Under the pieces are notes generated by a model. That model was not told where the DNA came from. It made no database searches and saw only the letters and a program-made list of their open reading frames with translations. 57,875 nucleotides of DNA from Dehalococcoidia bacterium. GTDB taxonomy: Bacteria > Chloroflexota > Dehalococcoidia > UBA2979. Positions within the stretch are counted from its first letter, which is position 1, and each line of letters starts with the position of its first letter. The stretch spans positions 1 to 57,875 of the forward strand of contig JAQWLS010000113.1 of assembly GCA_029247135.1 (NCBI GenBank), read 5' to 3'. The position numbers and the translations under genes were made by a program. Below, in pieces: positions 1-8,445 of the stretch.

Positions 1-357
1 GTATTGGTTTTTTATACCGCAGACTTCACTCCGCTTTGTACTGGTTCCCTAAATATACTTGCCAATGAATTTGCGGCCTTGGCGCAAGTTAATGCAACGG
101 TGATTGGTATTTCATCTGATTCAATGGAATCACATCTTAAATTTATTGCGAATAATAAATTTCCGTTCAATCTTGCATCGGATCCAAGTTGTCAAACCAT
201 CCGCGCTTACGGTGTGTTGAATGAGGATGGCGCTCGATCGAATCGCGCAATCGTATGCGTCAATCAAGAGGGAGTAATAGTTCACTTGAATAAGTTTTTT
301 CAACCAGCTGATTTTCAACAAGTAATGAATCTTTTTTCAGTTTTAGGATATCAATAA
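1..357 (+). CDS. Peroxiredoxin (AhpC/TSA-BCP family), 5' end cut by window edge
   Basis: Frame is open from base 1. VLVFYTADFTPLC matches the Prx peroxidatic-Cys context (FYPxDFTPxC), and the downstream length fits a thioredoxin fold. Confidence 0.75.
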   Translation, partial: VLVFYTADFTPLCTGSLNILANEFAALAQVNATVIGISSDSMESHLKFIANNKFPFNLASDPSCQTIRAYGVLNEDGARSNRAIVCVNQEGVIVHLNKFFQPADFQQVMNLFSVLGYQ

Positions 358-398
358 AGAATATAGTTCTAACATTTCGGTAATAAAGCGCCTAGTTT

Positions 399-899
399 AT
401 GCGCAAGAATATTTGGGAATCGATACGTTTGTTACCATCAAGGTGCAGCACTTTAGAGGATTTGATGCCCGACGATAATTTGTCTTCTCAATATTACTCT
501 GCTATTGCGATAGAACACTTCCAGAATCCACGTAATGTAGGTGAGCTTGTCGACTCCGATGTAGAGGGGCAAGTGGTAAATCCAGTATGTGGAGACGAAG
601 TTAAGTTTTTTTTCAGACTCCGGAAGAATAAGGACGCACAGGAACGCGTGATAGAGTCAGTCTCGTTTCAGGCATCGGGCTGTCCGGCCACGATCGCAAC
701 CTCGTCTATCGCCACCGAAATGCTCATAGGGCTGAGCTTGAGTGAGGCAAGTCAACTCACTCGATTAGATTATGCTGAGGCAGTTGGTGGACTTCCAAAA
801 TCTAAACAGCACTGTTCTGTACTTGCGGAGGCCGTTGTACAGCAAGCTGTTACAAATCTTCGACTTAAAGATCAATCAAGTATGAAAGAGACCACCTGA
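399..899 (+). CDS. IscU/NifU-like Fe-S cluster scaffold protein
   Basis: Three conserved Cys contexts: NPVCGDEV, SGCPATIATSS, KQHCSVLAEA. An alternative start is ATG 465, behind AGAGGA. Confidence 0.75.
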   Translation: MRKNIWESIRLLPSRCSTLEDLMPDDNLSSQYYSAIAIEHFQNPRNVGELVDSDVEGQVVNPVCGDEVKFFFRLRKNKDAQERVIESVSFQASGCPATIATSSIATEMLIGLSLSEASQLTRLDYAEAVGGLPKSKQHCSVLAEAVVQQAVTNLRLKDQSSMKETT

Positions 900-1549
900 T
901 GATCGGCGGTATTTTGCTTGCGGGTGGTGCTTCGACTCGAATGGGATCACCGAAGCAGTTGATTAAGTGGGGTGACACCACCCTCATAGAGTGGGAAATT
1001 AACGAATTGACTTGCGCGGGCATCGCTCGGCCAGTTGTTGTGTTGGGTAACAATTCGTCTGAGATCATAAACACTATTTCTGGCTTGGACTGCACGGTGG
1101 TCATAAATTCTCAATGGGAGCAAGGCCGTTCTACTTCCCTGAGAGCTGGTGCGCGGGCTCTTCTTGAGGTCATAGGTGGGGCTGCTCGTTACGAATCTGT
1201 GGTGATACAAAATGTTGACCAGCCAACTACTGCGTCCATTATTCGAGCGCTCGCGTCTGAAAGAGCTAGAACTGACGCTGCACTGGTTCAACCAGAGTAT
1301 CTTGACGAGCAGGGATTACCCCACGGAGGCCACCCAGTAGTTCTTCAAGGTCAGTTGATAAATGAACTTCAGCAGGTTACTGAAGAAGGCAAGGGTTTGC
1401 GGCAGCTTGTTAAGTCGTATGGATCTCAAAGGTTAAATATGTCGGACGAGCCGATAGTAAAAATTAATCTTAATACTCCAGATTTAGTGAACGACGCACG
1501 TTTATTATTTAGATTTAACAATGATTCTGACTGCGAGGTCCGTGCATAG
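899..1549 (+). CDS. MobA/MocA-like nucleotidyltransferase (molybdenum cofactor cytidylyl/guanylyl-transferase family)
   Basis: N-terminal ILLAGGASTRMGSPKQL signature. The start overlaps the upstream stop (ATGA), implying translational coupling. Confidence 0.7.
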   Translation: MIGGILLAGGASTRMGSPKQLIKWGDTTLIEWEINELTCAGIARPVVVLGNNSSEIINTISGLDCTVVINSQWEQGRSTSLRAGARALLEVIGGAARYESVVIQNVDQPTTASIIRALASERARTDAALVQPEYLDEQGLPHGGHPVVLQGQLINELQQVTEEGKGLRQLVKSYGSQRLNMSDEPIVKINLNTPDLVNDARLLFRFNNDSDCEVRA

Positions 1550-1608
1550 AAGTAAGGGCTCGAGTATCCTCAGTAGACGTAATTTTATTTGAAGGGTCTA
1601 GTACAAAA

Positions 1609-2193
1609 ATGATTTATGGTATGGGGGTCGTGAAGGGGATGCTGCTGACGTTAAAGCACGTCTTTCGCCCAGCGATTACTGTGAACTATCCAGAGCAAGA
1701 ACGAGAAGTTCCTGCTCGCGCAAGAACTAACTTGTTGTGGTTTGAGGAGCGATGTACTGGCTGTTCTACGTGTGCTCAAGCGTGTCCTGACGGGTGTATC
1801 TTGGTTGAAACATCACCTCGATCTGATGGCACTTTGGAAATTGAGCGGTATGAAATTGATTTCAGAATTTGTATGTATTGTGGTCTTTGTACAGAAGCGT
1901 GTCCCTATCAGGCGATTCAAGCTGGTGGCCGCTATAACGATGCGGTCTATCTTTTCGAGAATATGTATCGTGACCGAGATACTTTGACTGGAGAGGCCCA
2001 AAAATATCTTGCCGAAACTGATGGGCGATATCCGAACGGTCAATTGCAAGATAGCATCCCGCTGATCACTTCAATGCCAACAGCTCGGTCTCGAGTCAAT
2101 GTGTCAGGCCTTGATGAGACCCCCGGTCCTCAGCGTTTGCAAGGTCGCCATAACTCTCCTATACGTATAGCTCCAAAAGAAGAAGTAAATTAG
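1609..2193 (+). CDS. nuoI: NuoI-like 2x[4Fe-4S] ferredoxin subunit (second copy, outside the nuo operon)
   Basis: Has the VNYPEQ N-terminus and two CxxCxxCxxxCP motifs (CTGCSTCAQACP, CMYCGLCTEACP), with spacing as in NuoI/Nqo9. Confidence 0.75.
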   Translation: MIYGMGVVKGMLLTLKHVFRPAITVNYPEQEREVPARARTNLLWFEERCTGCSTCAQACPDGCILVETSPRSDGTLEIERYEIDFRICMYCGLCTEACPYQAIQAGGRYNDAVYLFENMYRDRDTLTGEAQKYLAETDGRYPNGQLQDSIPLITSMPTARSRVNVSGLDETPGPQRLQGRHNSPIRIAPKEEVN

Positions 2194-2213
2194 TAAACGC
2201 TGAGGTTGGTATT

Positions 2214-4751
2214 GTGGTTGAAATCTCATTAAATGGAAAAACAGTTGAAGCTGAGCCAGGTCGCCGTCTCGTCGAGGTGATCAAGGAACAGGGAATTACG
2301 ATCACAAATCTCTGTTATATCGATGGCTTGGAACCATATGCCGGCTGTAGAACTTGTATTGTTGATATCGAGGGAGGCCGTCCGTCGTCTCTACAACTCT
2401 CATGCACGGCTCAGATTACTGAAGGACAGGTTGTTCAGACCGATACTCCTGAAGTAAAGCAAGCCAGGCAGTCTGTGATGTCAGTTATTTTGGCAAATCA
2501 TCCAGATAGATGTCTGACTTGTCATAGGCGGGTTCATTGCATGCCGGGTGATATCTGTCTACGTGATGATGTGGTAACTCACCGTTGTCTGACTTGTAGT
2601 AAGAACTATAGATGCGAACTCCAGACCTCATGTGAAAATGTGGATCAGGGTGATTTCTCTGAACCGTGGGTAGGTGAGAAACGTTCATATTATGAAACTC
2701 CTCCCCCCGAACCTGACCGGGCAAACCCATTTTTAGAATTCGATCCGCAAATGTGCATTATTTGTACTCGATGTGTAAGAGCGTGCGATGAACTTCGTCA
2801 TACGGGTGCGCTTGCTTTGTCAGGTAAGGGACATACTACGATGATTGCTTTTGGGGCAGGTGGACAAATTCATGAGAGCGATTGTGATTTTTGTGGAGCT
2901 TGTATTGATGTCTGCCCAACCGCCACACTTATGGAAAAACCTAACAAATGGAACGGTAGAGCTGACGATTGGACGAGTGCGGTGTGTAATTCGTGTTCCG
3001 TAGGTTGCACCATCACTTATGGAACAAGTGATCAGGTGGGATCGGAGAATATTCCAGTTATTGTACGGCCTGAGCGAATAAATCCTGTATCTCAAGATCA
3101 GATATGTGTTCGAGGTCGATTTGGTTATGACGCGATTGGTCCGGAGGATAGACTTACGACTTCGCTTGAAAGACAGAATGACCGAATGGTGCCTAAAACA
3201 CTTTCGGATGCAACGAGCCTTGCCGTAGATCAACTAAAATCAGTTATTGGTTCGCACGGCCCGCAAGCGATAGGTTTATTAGGTTCTCCGCTCTCAACGA
3301 CAGAGGAGGCGATGGGTCTCGCAGCTTTAGCGGACTCAATAGGGACCCCGAATATTGATTTTTCTCACGGTGCGATTCATCGATCAGTACTTTCCAGTCT
3401 CGACCAAGCCTTGGGTACTAGCAGACTTTCAGCAGATCTTACAGATATTGAGAATTCGTCTAGGCTAGTCGTAATCGCGACTGACTTAGAAGAATCACAC
3501 CCAGGAGTCTCGCTGAGAATAAAAGGAGCGGCGAGAAAGAACCAAGCTAAGGTAATTTTAGTTTCACCTCGTTGGAGTGAACTGGATAGGTTTGCGGCTA
3601 GCGTTTTGCGCTGTTACCCAGGAACTGAGGCTAACGTAGTTGATTCACTAGGAAAATTAGAGACTGACCCACCACCAGGGATTACAGCTGAACAGTGGAA
3701 TGTGGCATTAACGATTATTCGGTCTAATGAGGAATTCTCTGACGATATAACCTCCGTCGTTTTCGCGCCGAATGCGATCGATGATGAGATGGCTGGTGGA
3801 TTAGCCTCAGCGGCCTGTAATTTAACTATTGGAATGGTCGGTAATACAACTGCTGAACATCTCTTCTATCTGCCGGTAGATGGCAACACGCATGGCGTAC
3901 ATGACGCTGGGATCGCCCCTAGAGCGGGCGGTAAGTCGTTCCAAGAGATGATGTTAGGAGCGATTTCTGGCTCGATCAAAGCGCTTGTTATTCACGATGA
4001 TAATCCGATTTTGAATTCTCCTGATACCGACACGATTCTTTCAGCTCTCTCAAACTTAGAGTCATTAGTGGTCATTGATTCGGTAAAGTCTACGCTTTCT
4101 GAATACGCTACAGTGATGCTTTCAGAGGCTGCTTTTTATCATAGATCTGGTTCGATTACGACAGCAGATCGCCGCGTATTACTACATAATTCTATTGACA
4201 TTGGTGTTGAGAAAGAAAAATCCGGAATTGAAATTATTAAGCGAATAGCGGCTGGCCTAGGCTTTGAGTTAGATAGGGTATTCTCATATTCTTCGCTAGC
4301 TGAATACCCCTCGGAAGTGTCTGTAGTGCAGCAACAAGGTCATTCGCGAGCTATACCAGATCAATCGGAAATGAAAGCTGCGGTGCAGGATATAGACCTG
4401 CCACTTATGGAGAAGGTAGACAACCTAGCTGTGTTTACTTCTAGGTCGTTGTATACGTCCTGGGACGGTGCCTCTAGCGCGTCAGAAGAGGCAGACAAAT
4501 TGGACAGAGAAGGAACTGCTTGGGTCAATCCGGCAGACGCACTCGATGCCGGAGTAACTTCCGGTGCTGTGGTGACTCTCCAGAATGGATCACATTCCAT
4601 CACTATGAAAATCAAGTTAGATGATGGAGTAGCTGCCGGCACCGTCTACGTACCCTCTTACTATCGGGGCGGTGCAATTATGTCTTTGTTTGACTTCGAA
4701 GGTTTGGCTGGGGGGCTTCCCTCGGTTAAATTAATTGCGGCTGACGCGTAA
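2214..4751 (+). CDS. nuoG: NuoG-like Fe-S / molybdopterin-oxidoreductase-fold protein (GTG start)
   Basis: Contains N-terminal 2Fe-2S cysteines (C34, C45, C48, C64), an NHPDRC His/Cys cluster motif, CIICTRCVRAC and CDFCGACIDVCP 4Fe-4S motifs, CNSCSVGC, and a C-terminal molydop-binding-like domain. No Cys/Sec-His catalytic motif is present. Confidence 0.75.
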   Translation: MVEISLNGKTVEAEPGRRLVEVIKEQGITITNLCYIDGLEPYAGCRTCIVDIEGGRPSSLQLSCTAQITEGQVVQTDTPEVKQARQSVMSVILANHPDRCLTCHRRVHCMPGDICLRDDVVTHRCLTCSKNYRCELQTSCENVDQGDFSEPWVGEKRSYYETPPPEPDRANPFLEFDPQMCIICTRCVRACDELRHTGALALSGKGHTTMIAFGAGGQIHESDCDFCGACIDVCPTATLMEKPNKWNGRADDWTSAVCNSCSVGCTITYGTSDQVGSENIPVIVRPERINPVSQDQICVRGRFGYDAIGPEDRLTTSLERQNDRMVPKTLSDATSLAVDQLKSVIGSHGPQAIGLLGSPLSTTEEAMGLAALADSIGTPNIDFSHGAIHRSVLSSLDQALGTSRLSADLTDIENSSRLVVIATDLEESHPGVSLRIKGAARKNQAKVILVSPRWSELDRFAASVLRCYPGTEANVVDSLGKLETDPPPGITAEQWNVALTIIRSNEEFSDDITSVVFAPNAIDDEMAGGLASAACNLTIGMVGNTTAEHLFYLPVDGNTHGVHDAGIAPRAGGKSFQEMMLGAISGSIKALVIHDDNPILNSPDTDTILSALSNLESLVVIDSVKSTLSEYATVMLSEAAFYHRSGSITTADRRVLLHNSIDIGVEKEKSGIEIIKRIAAGLGFELDRVFSYSSLAEYPSEVSVVQQQGHSRAIPDQSEMKAAVQDIDLPLMEKVDNLAVFTSRSLYTSWDGASSASEEADKLDREGTAWVNPADALDAGVTSGAVVTLQNGSHSITMKIKLDDGVAAGTVYVPSYYRGGAIMSLFDFEGLAGGLPSVKLIAADA

Positions 4752-4810
4752 CTGCATACTGTATCGACACGAGGATATTTATTATCAGAGTAGTTATTAG
4801 GTTCATATAA

Positions 4811-6178
4811 ATGGCAGACAATGTGAATAATATTTCTGATTCCATTGCACCATTGAATCAAGAGATGAATGGTGTCCATCTTGATACCCGAGACATAACT
4901 CTTGATAACGGACTTCGAGTTCTCCTTACTCCGATGGATCGTGCCACATCTGTCGGAATTTCGTTGTATGTGAAAGCTGGTTCAAGATATGAGTTAACAG
5001 AATCTGACAGCGGTCTCTCGCATTTCCTGGAACATCTTTGTTTCAAGGGCACCTTGCAGCGACCAGATCCTGTAGAGATTTCAAGAGAACTTGATCAGTT
5101 GGGTGGTGGGGTTAACGCGGTAACAGATCGGGAGCTGACCGTTTATTACGGCAAGATGACACCAGATTCGGCATCACACGGGTTGGCGCTTTTATCTGAT
5201 CTCATACAAAATTCTATCCTTTTAGATGATGAGATCGAACGAGAGCGCGGGGTTATTTTGGAGGAGTTGGCTGCTGTTGAGGATTCCCCTCCGGAACTAG
5301 TCTCCGTCGCTCTTGATGGCTTAATTTGGCCTAATCAGCCTCATGGTCGAGAAATTGCTGGAACAGTTAGCTCTGTTACTAATATGCCGCGCGCAAAGAT
5401 TGTTAGTTATTACAAGCAGCAATATGTACCAAATGCGACAACCTTATCAATAGCTGGCGCTTTTGATCCTGTTAGGGCAGAACGTGCAGTAAAAGAACTT
5501 TATGGCGAATGGCAATCAGGTTCTCCCGCCCAGTTCATACCAGATATACCAGTATTTGGCGAGGGAGAAATTGAATCAGGTCCGAATATAGATAATAGAT
5601 TAGCCTTGATTCAGCGTGATACAGAACAAGTACATTTAATGCTAGGAATGCCTGGACTAGCATTACATGATGAACGGCGTTATGCACTCGAATTATTCTC
5701 GGTAATTCTAGGAGAAGGCATGTCCTCACGATTATTCGTTCGACTGCGCGAAAAGTTGGGATTGTGTTACGACATCCATTCTTATCCAAGCTTTTTGATC
5801 GATACAGGAATGTTTGGCATATATTCAGGAGTTGATCCGAGGAATGTAGACGCCACAATCGAAGAACTATTCAATGAACTAAAGCGAGCAGTTGAGATGC
5901 CTACGGAATCTGAGGTGCAGTTAGCAAAGCAAATTATTCGCTCGAGATTAACTCTGCGTTTAGAGGATTCTCGAGCCGTCTCATCGTATGTTGGCGCACA
6001 GGCTTCTTTGGACCTGCCCGCTTTGCAACCTGACGAGTTGCTATCAAAAATTGATTCAATTGATCGGGCCTCAATTGGAGAAGTCGCCGAGCTAATATTA
6101 AAGCCAAGTCGATACCACTTATCTGTGATCGGCCCCGTTGAGCGTGATAGATTGGCTAATCATCTAGCACTGGCATGA
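4811..6178 (+). CDS. M16 family zinc peptidase (pitrilysin-like)
   Basis: Inverted zinc motif HFLEHLCFKG (HxxEH). Two-domain length of about 455 aa. Confidence 0.85.
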   Translation: MADNVNNISDSIAPLNQEMNGVHLDTRDITLDNGLRVLLTPMDRATSVGISLYVKAGSRYELTESDSGLSHFLEHLCFKGTLQRPDPVEISRELDQLGGGVNAVTDRELTVYYGKMTPDSASHGLALLSDLIQNSILLDDEIERERGVILEELAAVEDSPPELVSVALDGLIWPNQPHGREIAGTVSSVTNMPRAKIVSYYKQQYVPNATTLSIAGAFDPVRAERAVKELYGEWQSGSPAQFIPDIPVFGEGEIESGPNIDNRLALIQRDTEQVHLMLGMPGLALHDERRYALELFSVILGEGMSSRLFVRLREKLGLCYDIHSYPSFLIDTGMFGIYSGVDPRNVDATIEELFNELKRAVEMPTESEVQLAKQIIRSRLTLRLEDSRAVSSYVGAQASLDLPALQPDELLSKIDSIDRASIGEVAELILKPSRYHLSVIGPVERDRLANHLALA

Positions 6179-6276
6179 GGCACCCCGACGTAAAGCTACT
6201 TATTAGAACCCTTTAGAAGCAAAACGTTTTGAAATTAAAGTACATCCTGATAATTTTGAGTTTGTGTTTAGACCAA

Positions 6277-7488
6277 TTAGATAGAAAAGGCCCGTTCGGA
6301 CAGTTCATTATTCTCAAGCAGCCAACGATTTGAGCTTGGTAGGTCACTAGCCCTAGGTCTTTCGGGATCTGGGGTTGCAATGAAGGTCTGGTCGGACTCT
6401 TGCACTAGGTGCGTCACCCGTTCTCGATGTGCTTCATCAAGCTCTGAGAGGACGTCATCTAATAGGAGGATGGGTTGTTCGCCTGTACTCGCTCGCGAGA
6501 GATCCACTTCAGCAAGTCGAAGACTGAGCGCAAGTGAGCGAAGCTGACCACGTGATGCTGAGACACTAGCATCTGATCTATTTAGTTGGAATACCAAATC
6601 GTCTCTGTGCGGCCCAACTGTTGTTACACCCCGGGAAATATCAGCCTGCCGAGACTGAGCAAAGGAATCAGCTAGCGAAGATTCAATATCTGAAATAGAA
6701 CCGGTTAAATCTACTTTTGCGTTCGGTGAATATCGGAGAGTAATTTTATTAGTTTCCGTGTTCTTAGGATTTAGTTCTGAAAAGAATACTGATGTTGTCC
6801 GGCTTACATTATCTAGAATACTCTCACGTGTAGTGACGATAACTGCGGCTGCTTTAGCAGCTTGAATGTCCCAAATATCCAATGCAGAGTTTTTCTGCCT
6901 GCCCGTATTTATTTGTTTCAGAAGTGAATTTCTGTTTTCTATTATTTTGTTATATTCACGAAGTGCGACAACGTATTCACGATTTAGTTGCGATATTGTA
7001 GCGTCTATATATCGTCTTCTGTCGGCGGGTGTACCCTCAATGATTTTAAGGTCGCGCGCAGAGAACAGAATACTTTTAATACATCCAATCACATCAGAGG
7101 CTTTTTTTGGGCTTTTGTTTCGTTGAAATTGTTTGATCATTCTTGGTCTAGGATCTCGAGGGATATTGGCGTCATAGCTTATTGGCTCAGCTGCACTGAC
7201 GCTGATATCGATTGACTCCCTCGTAGCGATTTGTTTTGAGGCGTTTATTTTTTCAGCCGATATAAAGGCTCCTGGAAGCGGGTCTTCGTCGAGCGCCCGC
7301 CAAGATACAAGCTCAGTATCTCTGTGGGTTCGAGGAGAACGAGTGGTGCTGAGCATTGCAATGGCTTCTAGGAGATTCGATTTTCCCGATCCGTTTTCAC
7401 CATAAATTATGTGAACGCCTGAACTGGGTTCCCAGTGAAATCTATGGAAAGAGCGATAGTCTTTGAGTATTAGTTTGGTAATTTCCAT
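6277..7488 (-). CDS. recF: DNA replication and repair protein RecF
   Basis: Walker A GENGSGKSNLLEAI, the RecF-specific GPHRDDL, signature ASRGQLRSLALSLRLAE, and Walker B PILLLDDVLSELD. Confidence 0.85.
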   Translation of the reverse strand: MEITKLILKDYRSFHRFHWEPSSGVHIIYGENGSGKSNLLEAIAMLSTTRSPRTHRDTELVSWRALDEDPLPGAFISAEKINASKQIATRESIDISVSAAEPISYDANIPRDPRPRMIKQFQRNKSPKKASDVIGCIKSILFSARDLKIIEGTPADRRRYIDATISQLNREYVVALREYNKIIENRNSLLKQINTGRQKNSALDIWDIQAAKAAAVIVTTRESILDNVSRTTSVFFSELNPKNTETNKITLRYSPNAKVDLTGSISDIESSLADSFAQSRQADISRGVTTVGPHRDDLVFQLNRSDASVSASRGQLRSLALSLRLAEVDLSRASTGEQPILLLDDVLSELDEAHRERVTHLVQESDQTFIATPDPERPRASDLPSSNRWLLENNELSERAFSI

Positions 7489-7507
7489 TCTAGGTATCGG
7501 TGATGTG

Positions 7508-8422
7508 TCACACCCAAATTCCCGATTTTTCCTCCCAAAAAAACTGAACTAAAACGCCAAAGGCATCTTTTGGGTGAATGAATGTTTCGCACCAACGGGC
7601 TCCATTGGTGACACCTTCTCTACCGCCAAATACACTTACGCCGTAGTTTTCACAGGCAGTTAAGGCCTGTTCAAAGTCAGAGACCTGAAACGTTAGATGG
7701 TGCAAACCAGGCCCTCGCTTATCCAAGAAATCATATAGAAAGGAACCATCTCCATGCGGCTCTAGCAGTTCGATCCGAGACTGCTCGGTTGGCCAATTGA
7801 GTACGTGTGAGCTGAACTGAACTTTTTGGTCTGCGTCATTTGAGCTAGTTCCGAGTGGTGATTGATAGAGTGTCGACAGCCCAAAAATGTTTTTGTACCA
7901 GCTAGCAGTTTTTTCACGAGACTCCGTAACATGACATACGTGATTTAGTGCTGTAATCCCAAGATGAGAGGTATCCGTGTCAAGAAATCCTAAAGCCTGA
8001 TTCCAAGCATATTCGGATTCATATAGCTGGAACAACACACCTTGTCCACCTCCACGTGGATGGATGTAAGCATATTTTGTTCCCTCTTCATCGATGGTTT
8101 CTCCCCATGGCATTATTCCTTTCGATCGAAGGAAATTGGTGCTTTCTTCTATGGACGGCACTTGAAAGGCTATGTGATGCAGTCCCGGACCATGTGGTCC
8201 ATCGAGGAAAGAATGTAGGTACGAGTCGGCATCAGCTGGTTCTATTATTTCGAGAGCAATTTGTGAACTTCCGGGTGCCTCTAAAGTCAGTCCATTTAAT
8301 CCTGAACTACCGGTGAAGGTACCCGTTTCACGAAAACCGAATAGATTTTTCCAGAGGTCTGATACCGGATCAATTGCTCTGGCAGCGATACTTACGTGAT
8401 CCCATTGCAAGGTCTTGATCAT
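7508..8422 (-). CDS. VOC (glyoxalase/dioxygenase-fold) protein with two tandem domains
   Basis: Internal duplication: GPGLHHIAFQV and GPGLHHLTFQV, each in a glyoxalase-like context. Confidence 0.7.
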   Translation of the reverse strand: MIKTLQWDHVSIAARAIDPVSDLWKNLFGFRETGTFTGSSGLNGLTLEAPGSSQIALEIIEPADADSYLHSFLDGPHGPGLHHIAFQVPSIEESTNFLRSKGIMPWGETIDEEGTKYAYIHPRGGGQGVLFQLYESEYAWNQALGFLDTDTSHLGITALNHVCHVTESREKTASWYKNIFGLSTLYQSPLGTSSNDADQKVQFSSHVLNWPTEQSRIELLEPHGDGSFLYDFLDKRGPGLHHLTFQVSDFEQALTACENYGVSVFGGREGVTNGARWCETFIHPKDAFGVLVQFFWEEKSGIWV

Positions 8423-8445
8423 ACGCGTTCTAATGTGACCTTAGG

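Noticed and set aside
6277-7488. RecF-like ATPase as a possible defence-system component (isolated from dnaN and gyrB)
   Set aside because: It carries the full set of RecF-specific motifs (GPHRDD, SRGQ, LLLDDV), and there are no nuclease or other defence partners adjacent. I treat it as housekeeping recF in a rearranged context.
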